A DNA stretch of 64,000 bases. Origin: Phoronis australis (lineage: Eukaryota; Animalia; Phoronida). Positions 51,701 to 63,585 of this stretch are shown here, one piece after another. Within the stretch, counting starts at the first letter, position 1. Each line of letters opens with the position of its first letter. The notes beneath the pieces were generated by a model. The model was not told where the DNA came from. It ran no database searches and saw only the letters and a program-made list of their open reading frames with translations. The translations under genes and the position numbers were made by a program. Location of the stretch: positions 248,001-312,000 of the forward strand of contig NMRA01000024.1 in assembly GCA_002633005.1 (NCBI GenBank), in the 5' to 3' direction.

Positions 51701-53962
51701 TGTTTCCGGTATTATCGCACGAATAGTATCTCTTTTGACGATGATTACTATGAATTGTTTGTAAGGAATTCACACTTGTGAAAGACACTGCTGTCTAGGC
51801 TACTATTTGTAATGATCATGTACATGTCGAAAGGGGTACTCAAACAACTCTCGCAATCATAAACAAAGATTTCAACGTATTTTTGTCAGTGGAGTTCAAG
51901 TTTACATCGTGAACCGTTATAGGTACCTCTGGAAACACAACTTAATACGAATACCCCATCTCCCATATTTCCCCGGTTACCCGTCAAAAGTCTGCGAGCA
52001 TGCATTCAGAAATTGCGCATAACATTCCTGTTTGATAAACAAATTCGTTGGTTTCTGATTTACTGTTTATGTATCTACGAATATCGATAGATTCATAGAT
52101 GATTTTAGACAATTAGAAGCTAATCTTGTAAGAATTGGGGATAATTCATTGAATTTAATTGCTGCCAGAAGTGGAAAAACTCTATAATCCGATCCCCAAA
52201 TAGTAAAGTACACTTAGACGATTTTTGCATATCTAAAATAATTCTCAAAGATATTCATGAAATTCGTACACACAAACCTTAGATAGAAAAAACGTTTTAA
52301 AAATCCTTAAATAGATAAAATTAAAATCATTCCTTGGAAAGGTTGTCTTCGCAGTTTCTTGATGTTTTTAGTTTTCAGTAGCATTGAGTAAGGAATTTTT
52401 TCTTTAAAACTGATTTGATTGCTTTTCCTGACTGACGTATCCACGTTAAAAATAAGATGTAACCATGCAGTAGGCCGCGCAGACTCTCTGCGATAACCAC
52501 AAGAACTGAATTCGAACTGCAAGCGTTCAGAAAGTGTGTACATTTTTGGGACACACTATCCTTTTCCCCACCCACCAGAAACTGAACTACCGGTCGTGTT
52601 CCAACTAAGGATTTTGAAACAGCCCCAAAGGCACTATACCAGGGACTTCGGGCCTCATCTTTTCAAAAAAAAACTTTCAAAGAATGACCATAATAAAATA
52701 AGTTTTCCCGAAACTGGATCACAACAAAACGAATCTTGACCTTAGAACGAGCGCAGTCGGCCGGTACGAGCTAAGCTGCCTGTCTCAACTGAATCATAGT
52801 TGTGCTGATCACCAACTAGCTTTAGTTCATCGGGAATTTCGTATTTTCACTCTGTTAGATCTCACCTATAGCTACTTGAGGCAGCTCCTCGCTACAGGTC
52901 AGTGTACTGGTCCTAGGTCCATTCTTACTCTCTGTGTAGGTTCACGGTTAGTCAACTCTTAATGGCTGGATCCCTGGGATTGTTCGAGAGGTGGATCCAT
53001 GATTTTGATTTGGGTGGGGGGGCAGGGCAGAGAATTAGCCAAGGTTTTACCAGTCAGCAACTGGCACCTCCGAACTTCCAAATGGAATCTGGGAGAATTT
53101 TAGGGGGGCCATGGCCTCTTGGAGCCCTAAATCCGCCACTGTGGGAGATTCGGTACAAATATGGCGGATCGGGAGGACGGGAACGAGNGGTGGTGGCGAT
53201 GGGGAGTTATTTGGGACGTCGAAATGGTTTGTGTCCCCCCCAATAGTTTTTGCCTTCCCACGGGCCTGCACGAACCGTGCTCGTACAGGGCCAAGAGGAG
53301 TTACGAAGGAATAGGAATAGGCCTATAACAACACTCACAGTCAATACCACTTGTAAGAGCCTCTAATAGGTAAGTAGGTAGGCATGCAATGCATTTTGAA
53401 TCTTGATTGACTATATTTTGACTCGTTTTCGTCAGTGCTATGGAAATGGTTGGCATGTATGTATAGTTACAATGAACCAGCAAGTGATCACAAGCCCGGT
53501 CACACACTAACAAGACCGTAATCCAGAGCCAAAATTCCGACATTGCGAAGAAATATTAAAAAGAGTGCGTACCTTAGAACATACTTGTGTTTAGAGTGGT
53601 CAAACAATTAATGTTGACAGGCTGCTCGTGCGGAAGTACACAACTTTAATTAATCCACCGTTTGCTCAATATAACGTCACTTTTAGGCTTTGGAAAAGGA
53701 CAAAAATTGACAGGACTTTCATCTCTGTCGGTAGAACGACTGTCTGAATTACACACATAATAACAACACCTCTTGGCCATTTAAAATGGGCATTGTAGCT
53801 GAACATGTTTTGTACGACAGCCGCTAATGTTTGTCGGACAAGATGGCGACTTGAACTGCAGTTGGAGGAGTGTCCGGAATGCAGCATTCTGATTGGTCAA
53901 TCACACTTGTCATTCATTTTCTGGCGTAAGGTCAATTAGAGTTGAGGTCGTTTATTGAGGTC

Positions 53963-54160
53963 CTAGATAACAGTAAAGAATTCAGCTAACAGGTGTGAGT
54001 AAGGTTTCGGGATGAAGACTGTCCTAACATTTGTCCATGTTTTGGGGATACCATGTAGTCGAAAACTGGCTTTATAAATTGCTGAAAGTGTATGAAACTG
54101 ACATCTCCCGACCTCTTTCGGCACCATGGGGTAGATCATATCTTCCATGATTTAAAAGAC
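53963..54160 (-). mobile_element. Non-LTR RT N-terminal fragment (I/Loa/R1 group)
   Basis: DMIYPMVPKE...LSAIYKASFRLHGIPKTWTNVRTVFIPKP matches the pattern DGIYP..L....L..IY.AS....IP..W...R.VFIPKP. Confidence 0.7.
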
Positions 54161-55252
54161 ATCAAAGACAACCCCAAGGTGCGGCTATGTCTTCAACATT
54201 TGCGTGAACTAATGATCCACACTACTCGATTTCCGTCACTTCGTAACAATGACTTGACTGGTTTACACGATTAATACGACGCTCACCCATCATGACTTCT
54301 AGTGGGGGAGCAAATATATGAGTCATCCGAGAGAACTGAAGGATTTGTCCTTCTTTAACAATTGCACCAGCCTTGTTGATGCAGAGAGGCTGTTTGTTTC
54401 CTGGCTGCTCTTCCTATAGAAATTACGTGTAACTTTGCAAGATACGTGCCTTGCCCCGATAGGCCGCCATTTTTGGTCCACCAAATCTATTGTTTGACAA
54501 CGTTTGTGGCAGCAACTATGCATTGACCTGACCACTCTATTGGCGTTTTTCTACTCAATACAGAGCATAAAAGAAGTTGCCACTTTAAACCTGATGTAGC
54601 TGTGGTCAAATAGGGAGGGTACAGAATCCACTCCCCAGTTTGTTACCACGTCGACAGCAGGCGATCGAGGTAGTCAGAGTAAGGTCTAAAACCTTCTCTC
54701 GGTTTTTCACAGCAAATTTAGACTCATGGCCCTTTTTGTGGTGAAACGTGTTACGTGTGAGGGTTGCGTGATAGAGTCGGTGGCTCCCCATCGTCTCCAC
54801 GGCCTTCTGAGATTTCACCGCAAAAGCACGCGTTACAGCTGCACTTATACACCGTGTTCTCAGGACGTTTTTGCCATCATGGGGGATTACCAAACCAAAA
54901 CGAATCACTGACTGAATACGCAATGAATGACAGGGGCCAGTAGTTTGCAGAGAACCCAACCAGAATAGTGATTGAACTATTTGTAATTTGTATTGTAATT
55001 TCATAATTCTCCAGAAAGTCCATTATAATGATAGTTAAAAGGAATGGTTGCATGTAGATATACGAGCGCAATCATTATCAAATGCATGTTTAAAATGACA
55101 AATCCATTGTACAGTTATTGTTCCGATTTCCTTGGTGGGATAGAGACTATTGTTTTATTAATGAAATTCATCACGGTTTATGAACCGTCAAACATTGTCG
55201 TCTTAACATGCGTTGCTGACGAAACTCAAAGCAAGCTGTTTATGTTTTGCAG

Positions 55253-57919
55253 GTACGTCATTTGTGCTTGAACGAGTCCCTTGGCGACAATGAGCACTCG
55301 CTAAACAGAGACCCCACCGGAAAGCGTACATTTTGCCACATTGTTTTTCACGACGGCGGAGATGGTTGCAGGCTAATGGTTTATCAGTGGTTCTTGATTG
55401 GACGACAAGAAGTTGAGATGTCTGCTATTTGCTTTAGACTCGAAGAGTCCCAGTGGGTAAAGTTCTCGGAAACCGAAACTAAAAGTATAAAGCATCCGTC
55501 TCTTGTTGGTGATAACTACTACACCAGTTCGCCATGTTGGTCACCTGACGGATCCTTTATTATTTTGGATAGTGGAAGAACGATAGAGGACTCACAACAG
55601 AAAACGAAGTTATATCTGTGGCACATAAAAGAACAACACCACCCGTGTAACCTCATTCTCATTCCAACAACAACTGAGCCTGGAAAAAAGACTGAAAACA
55701 GCAACGATTTTTATTTCGTCACAGGATTTAGGAATCAATTTTCTGTAAGAGATGGAAAGCTTAACATTCTTGTTTCCGGTTACGAATGTTTCCCGCCTGA
55801 CGACGACAAGTGCATTATAGATGCATTCCAAGTTAGTGAACAGGACGTCACTTACGTAGATGGAAGCAGAATCTCGGGGAAAGGTTATACATTTCTTCCA
55901 ATCGAAAGCAAGCTTGTCACTCTTGGAAACAGCTTCAAGTTTTATTTCTGGGACGAAAAGATGGAATCACCCGTTGACGTTGATATTTCAGGAGTCCAAA
56001 TTCCGAATAATTACATACACAAAGAATTTCATCCAATTCAGATTGTGTCGTCACCAGATGAAACCATGGTCGCTGTTTTACAGGTTGGTGATTTCGTTAC
56101 TTCCGAAGTGTTCCTACGGAGGCCGTTAGATATTGTAAACTGTGATGAAAAATCGTAGATCTCAGTACCCATCTTGTCGTGCTTTCTCATTGTTTCAATG
56201 ATTGCGTCAATTGAGGATTAACTGATCTTTTAAAGGTTCATCAACCCCGGACTCTTATTTCTTCTTTGACAAATTTTTCGTCTGCTACATTTTACTTCTA
56301 GGTCCACACCGAAGTGGTGCGATTACTTCTTTTTCGGCTGAATTTAACTGAAAATTCGGTCAAATTCATTCAGGAGCTGGATAACGAAAGTCGTCCTGCA
56401 CGTTATACCTGCATAGGATATGGAGGGCCATACAGGTAACAATATTTACAAGATAAACCATTGCACTTCGCGAAACTAAGTCAGTTGGGGCCTCATACTT
56501 GTAGGCTTTAAAAATTGTGGCTTCTTGTCCACCAAGTATACTTAGACTCAATATGAACTTGTGTTATAAACTTCGCAGGTTGATCAACATCAATTAAGAC
56601 CGATGTATTTGAAGATTTCTGAAACTAAATTCCTTGCGTCTCCAGCTTTAGTCACGTAGATACTGTTCTTCTAAAACGGCTTTCACCTCATTGCTACGAA
56701 TAACGTCTCAAAATAAGAATAATTCGAGAAGATAGATGGTTTTAGATGTTTTGCCAGCATAGCCATTATATTTTTTTATGCATATAGCGTATATGAAAAT
56801 TTCATTCTTCAAATAGACCCATCCGGTGCGAGAACACCCATTTTTTCTATTGGCAGTCATTACATTACCAGTGCGTGAAATGAAGCGCTTCGTGGTGTTG
56901 TGTTTTAAAACGTCCACAGGTTAATATCGTGTTAATTTCTTCTTAAGATTCATCTTAAGCAAGTGTGGATGCACCAAGATGGTGCAATATCTCACGTAGG
57001 TCGTGGACCTCAGGAAACCACATCACTTCCTAAACGGCCTCATTTCATGTTTTGGGGATGTTCTCTAGCCTCCGCGCTGTGCACATTGAGATGTACAGTG
57101 ACGTTCTGGTGATTACTACAGGATATAATCCGCTTTACAGCCGAGCAACGTATTTTTGGAATTATTGTTGGACGAGATGGGCTTTCTGAAGTAGCTAACT
57201 TTCTCCGGAACATATCCGTTGTGTGTTTTTGAAATTGTATACCAAATCGCCATTTCCCGTCGTTGGCTGTCAGTCATTCGTTGAAATAAAGGCCGAGATT
57301 TTTTACCTGTTAAAAACGCTTGAAATACTCGGGTCAGTTGAACTAACGCTGTTTAGGTCGTGAAAACTCTTCCGTTTAAGAGTTGATCAAAAACTCCGAG
57401 TATGTAACTAGCTGCTAGTTTTCCATGTCAATAAAATATGCCTGTGCCCATAAATGATTAATTATAAATATCGACTGTGTCAGGGGTTTTCGCTTTTAGA
57501 TAACGTTCTCTGCAGCTACATGTATATTAAGATCGAAATGTAAAAAAGTTGTAACTATTTTCACTGCTAGGTACCTGGTCGCTTTCACTGATGACTCTGA
57601 AGTCGTAGCTGGGTGCTGTAAGAATTTGGGAAAAATTCGCATTTACAATATCGCAGGGGATGAGACAAATGAGGTCAGTTATGATTCGTTTAACGAATCC
57701 ACACTGCGCAAGCCCGTCTGTGGAATGTGGTGCCAGGCTTGCGTGGACAGCAGGTTTACGCTGGGCCGCAAGAACCAAATGGAATGTCAAGTATCTCTGG
57801 AGAATTTAAAGGATGCCTTGCCGAGTGGCGTGGCACATTTGAGCACGAGCACGCCTACTGTTTGCAGCTTTAGAAATGGTCCACTCAAGAACATGACTAC
57901 ACTGCAGTTGAAGTTTTAG
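55253..57919 (+). CDS. Divergent WD40-like beta-propeller protein; last three exons 55253-56083, 56302-56435, 57571-57919 (~437 aa); 5' end unresolved
   Basis: An 831-bp open exon follows a TTTTGCAG acceptor. Donors CAG|GTTGGT (phase 0) and CAG|GTAACA (phase 2) join in frame to acceptors TTCTAG (56301) and TGCTAG (57570), ending at TAG 57917-57919. Blade-like motifs: PCWSPDGSFII, LYLWH, FYFWD, SSPDETMVAV, VAFTDDSEVVA, KIRIYN. Confidence 0.7.
56800..57110. mobile_element. Tc1/mariner transposase fragments in an intron of the propeller gene
   Basis: The + strand from ~56948 reads VWMHQDGAISH...FGDVL*PPR (cf. WFQQDGATSH...GDV.WPPRSPDL). The - strand at ~56820-56890 reads KRFISRTGNV...NGCSRT (cf. 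KRF..TGSV....SGRPRT). Confidence 0.6.
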
Positions 57920-58469
57920 ATAGATGCCGTTTGGCTATTTCCGGTGGTTTTTGATGATTGAATCAATTGATTGTGTTTTATGAATCATTTCTGTTTCGAT
58001 GAAGCCTTTGGCTTTTCACATTAGTACAAACTGTGTATCTGGAATATTTACATTACCACTGATAGATATGTCATCTGAATGGATACGCGGTATGACTAAC
58101 GGTATACTGACCATCTTGATCCTGTTTGGATAACACGTTACGTGCATGCCGCCCGGAGGTGAGATGTCGCTTCCAGATCTGACCAAATTGAATCAGATGC
58201 TGTAGAAACCACAAACCGTGGCCACGAAGCACCTACGCAGGCCATGTCTGTACATAAAAGCAAATAAGAACAGACTAATCTAATACGAGACGAAACAATC
58301 AGAGGAAAGAAGTATCGGTGGTCGTATTATTAGTAAAACAAATAGAGACCGACCACACGCGCATATTAGGTCATGTGGACCTCGGAATGCTGTTCTCATC
58401 CTTTGGCCTCGGCAACATCGGCTCTTCATTGATCAATATCACTTGATGTCGGCTCGGCATTGCTCGATA

Positions 58470-58740
58470 TTTGTGTAATATCGGTGCAATTTTGTAATTT
58501 TCAATCTGTCCATCTTATCCTCCAGAAGTTTTGGAATGGGCCAGTCTGATGTCACTTTCATGCTCTGTAAACTGGAGTTGTATGGTGGATGCTGGCTAGT
58601 AGATTTTAATATTGCAGTGTCCACGTTGCTTGTATAGATACTCTTGTAACATGCAGTCCCCTTTGCACGACTGCACCACGGCTTGGGTAATGCTCAAGTG
58701 TAATCCTTAATGAAGGCGTTGAGACTAGAAGCTCTCCGTG
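58470..58740 (-). mobile_element. Possible Penelope-like RT fragment
   Basis: The minus strand gives SQHP../QFTEHESD (cf. Penelope S.HP.IQFT.E.E) with frameshifts. A weak hammerhead-like string follows on the + strand at 58705-58734. Confidence 0.35.
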
Positions 58741-59010
58741 GTCAGGGGATCAATCGACTTTTAAAGATACACATGCAAGGTAATTGATATGATCCTGTGA
58801 ACGAGTATTGTCGACGATTGTGCTCCACATATGATATATCAGATATTTCGGTATAGGACAACCAAGCCTCAGGAATTAAGACTTAGAGACAGAGGGATTA
58901 TCACAAATGTAAGTGTTATCTACAGCCCATAGTCTACAGGAGAAAACTGTGTTTGCTGCAACGCCTATCTCTCCTCTCTGCATTGTTGTTACGTAATTCG
59001 TCATTACAAT

Positions 59011-61310
59011 ATGCCAAGAAGCAAAGTCAGGGGCCGCGCTAATACTCGCAGCTCTATTGCTGATTACATGAGCCCCAATCAAGATATCTCAAACAAAGAT
59101 CTTTTGGAATCATTGAATAAGCGATTCAATAATATGATGGAAAAACAAATCAGCAAACTCAAAACAGAATATGAAGACACGAAAAGAGAGAACGAAAATT
59201 GAAAGTGTTTATTAAAGATCTGAGCGCGAAATTTGATGACTTAGAAAATCGGTCCAGGCGTGATAACGTACTCGTCCATGGCTTGATAGAAGAAAACAAT
59301 GAATCGTGGGAAATGTCTGAAGCTCTCGTAGTTAATCTTGCCAAAGAGCATTTAGGTATCGATATCCATGTCGAGAGGGCACACAGACTGGGAAAGAAAA
59401 TAAGCGGAAAGACCCGCCCGATCATTTTGCAAAAACCTACAAAACCCAGCCATCCACATAACCGAAGATTTCTCAGTTAGAGTGCGCAATGCCAGAAAGG
59501 AACTGTATAAGTTCTCGAAGGAAAATGACATGGAAAATGCAAGCATACGATATGACAAACTCATTCACGATAGAAAAACTTTTATGTACGGCGACGACAA
59601 CAAGAGAGTGTTTGAATGAAACAGATAGGATGGAGGCCAAAGCCCACCTCTGCATACGAAACGCCATATCCTTGATGAGCTGGAACGCACATGGTCTCGT
59701 GAAAAAGATTGGACAATCTGAGGTTCTTGACTTTATTTCTAGGTATCACATAGTAGCAGTCAGTGAAACATGGGAAAATAAACCAAACCAGTTTAGTGTA
59801 CCAGGCTATGCAAGTTTTGATGTACAGAACATAAAGAGAAGAAAATTTGGAAGAAACTCCGGATAAGTGAGTGTATTTATCAAACATGAATTAGGAAAAT
59901 ATTTTAGACGTTTGAAAGTTGATCATGTTCACGGTGTAGTCTTAAAGCGCGACAAAAGGTTGTTTAAGACGGACAAGTAACCCCAGAAGGGTCGTCAGTG
60001 TATGAAAACTCCGCAGAGAAAAAATGGGGTAATACTGCTTTTTGGCCAGGAGTTGTTGAATTTGTCACAGAAGCTCTGTAATTGTCATTTTGTAGTCATG
60101 AGTGACCTAAATGCTAGAGCAGGAAACTTGCAAGACTATATTTTGTATGACCGTGCGGATTTCTTACCGTGTCAAGATTGGTACGATAGTGACATTTTGT
60201 TCGCCCAGGCAGTCTAAGGATGAAACTGTAAATAATTTTGGCAAAACTTAAACTTTAGAACACTTATTCTTTGAATGTGAATATGTTAACTCTTTCTGGC
60301 ATGGGGTACGTCTCTGGTTAATGACTGCAATGCAAGTAAATTTTGAAATAGACAAAACCACCATTACATTTGGTCTTCAAAATGAACATAATAGAATTTT
60401 GAATTGGTTCCTTTTACAAACTAAAATTTTCATTTTTAAAATGAAGTTTGCTAACGTCAAACCTAATTTAAGATGTCTTGAAAAAACTTTGAGGGTGTGT
60501 TTTAATGTAGAAGTTAGTGCTTCGTTAAACACACGGAAATTTAATGATACAAGCAAGTGGAAAGATTGGAAATGTGTTTTTGAAATATGAAGAGAGCCAG
60601 AGAGTTGACCAGATGCCAGAACAGAAGTTTAAGTAGTTCTTGGAAGTAACAATGAACTGCTTTCTCGTTTTTTGCACAGTTCTGTACGTTGTTGTGTGTT
60701 GTATTGTGTTGTGCTGTGTATATTTGTATATGTACCTGTCTTTTGTCATAAAAGTTTTAAATGTAAAAAAAAGACTAAAACAAGAATTAAATTGAGATGT
60801 GTTGTGACTTAAACATGCATACTGTTAAGGGTAGGAGTCGGAATGATAAACATGACGAGTTTACATGTCACGCATCAGGTGGTTTTAGCACTGTAGACTA
60901 TTTGATCGTGTCAACAAGTATATTTCAACATATTTCAGATTTTAGTGTAGACACATTCGACGAGTCTGATCGTTTTCCTATTGTTTGTAATGTTGCAGGT
61001 AATTGTGTGTATGACAGGCGTTGTAGCGTTAGCCAATCAACATCGCAATCGCACACTCGCCTGGAGTGGCTGGGGATAGTGGCCGTGTAGCAGAATTCCA
61101 TGAAGTGTTCTCAAATTGCCTATCAGAAAGTCTAGATCGAATAGTTGAACAGATTGCTCGTGACGACATAAAAAGTGCAACAGATGGTTCACAAATCTGT
61201 ATAAACAAACTGCTACATCGATGGCAATGTTTAAAAATAAACGTGTTTATGCTAACGGCAGAGCAAACAACCCCAATTGGTGGGACAAAGAATGGCCGTC
61301 TCCCGAGATG
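59011..61310 (+). mobile_element. CR1/L2-group LINE, 5' part (L1-like ORF1 + APE endonuclease), degenerate and 3'-truncated
   Basis: ORF1: DDLENRSRRDNVLVHGL...VERAHRLG...RPII / EDFS..VRNARKEL...RYDKL. ORF2: SWNAHGL, VSETW, SDLNARAG, SKDETVNNFGK, FTC....STVDYLIVS, SDRFPI, WWDKE. Multiple stops and frameshifts. Confidence 0.85.
60252..60786 (+). mobile_element. 5'-truncated L1/Tx1-type LINE 3' end nested in the CR1-group element
   Basis: An open frame at 60252-60590 reads TLEHLFFECEYVNSFW...FG...LNWFLLQTKIFIFK...KWKDW..* (L1/Tx1 ORF2 C-terminus), followed by a GT-rich UTR and an A-rich tail at ~60765. TTAAA occurs at both junctions. Confidence 0.8.
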
Positions 61311-61533
61311 AGCAGTAATATCTTATCCCTGTAGGTGTCGCTGGCGCATTGGGTAGTTCCGGTCATGAAACGACCCAAACATTCAATGGGGTGTGGGCTT
61401 CACGTCCGTCTTGTTACTAAAAATTTGACGGTGCGTACCTTTTGTATTAAGTTGTCAGTGCCCTTGTTGTATTAAATAAAGTATATGTAATACATGTGCG
61501 TCGGACTTCTTGTTATTATTTCTTAGTAAAATT

Positions 61534-61781
61534 CATGCGCGAACCCAGCCTTCAATATAGAGGGGGGTCGAATTCCTGAAGTTGGTAACAAAAAAGCGGG
61601 TGGACTAAAAAAAAACGGGACTAAAAAAAAAACGGGGGCACCGCTGTGAATTGTGCGATTGTGCTTATTTAGTGGACTTTTGTCTCATTTTCTCGGACTT
61701 TTTGTTTTTCAGAGGCGGACCTTTTTGCCCACTTCGCCAAATGGGGAGGGGCCCCTTGGAGCCCCCCTGGGTGCGCACATG
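61534..61781 (-). mobile_element. Full-length copy of the CATG/5-bp-TSD MITE
   Basis: AAATT|CATGCGCGAACCCAG...CTGGGTGCGCACATG|AAATT. Confidence 0.8.
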
Positions 61782-62014
61782 AAATTTTGTTTTGAAGTGG
61801 GTTACTTACGAACGTGCTTGGCATTCGTAGGCGCATAATAAAGCTTTACGGCAATTTCGGGCCTTAAAATATCAATCATACCTCTGGAAATAGACAATCA
61901 CGTCATATTTAAAATACAAAAGCCATATTATGTGAAATTCGAAACGTACTATCTGGAACTGGGCTGACGAAACACATGCGGCACGTCTTCAGCTGAACAG
62001 CGCCGTGGAATCTG

Positions 62015-62162
62015 CCTCTCGCTCAGCAACGCTAGGATCTTGTTAAAAAGCAAGACTTTGCGAGATTACGTGATATATTGCAGTGTATTTTAAAGAGAAC
62101 TCCTGACTTTGGCTAGATTTAGCTAGGTCCTAGCGTAGGGTATAACGTTACTGAACGCTCGC
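62015..62162 (-). mobile_element. Inverted copy of the 38001 MITE
   Basis: AAAAGCAAGACTTTGCGAGATTACG is the reverse complement of CGTAATCTCGCAAAGTCTTGCTTTT at ~38096-38120. Confidence 0.75.
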
Positions 62163-62339
62163 CCGATGTCTTCTTTTTCGTCGGAGTTTTAGTTATATAC
62201 ATGTAGGTCAACGCGATGTTCGGCGTGCGCATCAGTTCTTTGATTTAATGTAGTTAGTTGATACGTACTGCTTTAGTTCTGTTTATTTTTAAAATAACGT
62301 TACGGCCTGTTCATCACTGATTAATATTACTGTTCAAGC

Positions 62340-62600
62340 ATGGGTGGTAAGAGATACTCTTGTGTACCGTTTGGTCACAACACATCGGCTACTGTTTTGG
62401 ACAGTGGTAAAAAAGTGACATTACATAGAATACCTTCTAAAACAGAACTCCAAAAGGTATGGAATCAGCGACTAAAAATGTAAGACAAAATTTAATGCAA
62501 GGATCAGAGCACTTGCTCCAGGAAGCAACATTCCTACCATTTTTCCTAGCAAGCGACAACCGCAAGTTGCTGCTCCCAGGCCTTCAAATAGTTTACCATA
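62340..62600 (+). pseudogene. Degenerate THAP domain
   Basis: ATG at 62340 reads MGGKRYSCVPFGHNTS...VTLHRIPSKTELQKVWNQRLK, then after frameshifts LAPGSNIPTIFP (AVPTIF box). The Zn-ligand cysteines are mutated and CxxH is missing. Confidence 0.6.
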
Positions 62601-63467
62601 GAAAGCCAAACTCCGTGGACATTTCTGTTGTGGAAGAGCTCTTGATTAGACAGGACTTTTGTGAAGATGTCGATTGCCAGGATGAAAGTACAATGAACAT
62701 AGATTGTGAGAAAGTTGAAAACAAGTCATGTTGTCTTCCACAACATGTAGATATTAGGCAATTACCGTCCCTGGATGCCGCAGGCATGCAGGGGCGATAG
62801 TACATCCCCACAAAACGTAACGAATTTCAAAACAGGAAATAAAATCAAATGAAACATGCATATATGCACATGGAGTTATAAGTAACATATGCCATAAACC
62901 TGGAGACAATTCAGTCAAGAATTTTGAGCAAATCGTTGAAAATCTGTCGTGTTCGACGGGTGCCATTTTGAGGAAGTAACGTGAAATGACGCGCGTTGAT
63001 GAATAAAAAGTCGAAGGGACACAAATCTTACAAATTTCACCTGATATCTTCCAATGCTATTTTGCAGGTGTCAAGCACCAGCGTCACGCGCTTCGATCAG
63101 TTCCGCGCTAGCCTTTGCCTAACTCACGTGTCTCAATTGAAATACTTCGTGGTTATAGACGCGAAGTAAAAAAGTTAACGGTGATCAAAAAAGTGAAATT
63201 GGAATTCTTAACCAAAGACACCTTAATTGTCGTAACTAAGATTCATCGAAGATATGTGTAGAAGTAGAAAGGACCACTGAAGAGCTAATATGCGTTTTTT
63301 AAGTGAAGTGTGGAATGTATTTTTGACGAGGTGAAAACTCTTAAAGGAGAATGCCACCCAAAAAACAACCTATTTTGTATCAATTTAAATCGAGCAGTTC
63401 CACTCGATAACAGCGTTGTGAACTTCTGGTACCGAAAAAGCGCGTGGACTGAAACAATAGGGGGGGG

Positions 63468-63585
63468 GGGGCACCACTGCGTGTTTGTGTTTAATTAGTG
63501 GACTTTTGTCTCATTTTCGCGGACTTTTTGTTTCACGGAGGTGGACCTATTTGCCCACTTAGCCAAATGAGAGAGCCCCCAGAGC
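63468..63585 (-). mobile_element. Partial copy of the CATG MITE family
   Basis: TAGTGGACTTTTGTCTCATTTT...GGACTTTTTGTTT...GGACCT.TTTGCCCACTT.GCCAAATG matches 61670-61743. Confidence 0.7.

Noticed and set aside
53805-53930. AANVCRTRWR as an F-box C-terminus, or CAAGATGGCG as a YY1-type gene start
   Set aside because: It lies upstream of the LP.EI segment (wrong order), is bounded by stops, and the match is too short to support.
61335-61410. tRNA or tRNA-derived SINE head
   Set aside because: Only an A-box-like TGGCGCATTGG; the B-box is degenerate and no cloverleaf forms.
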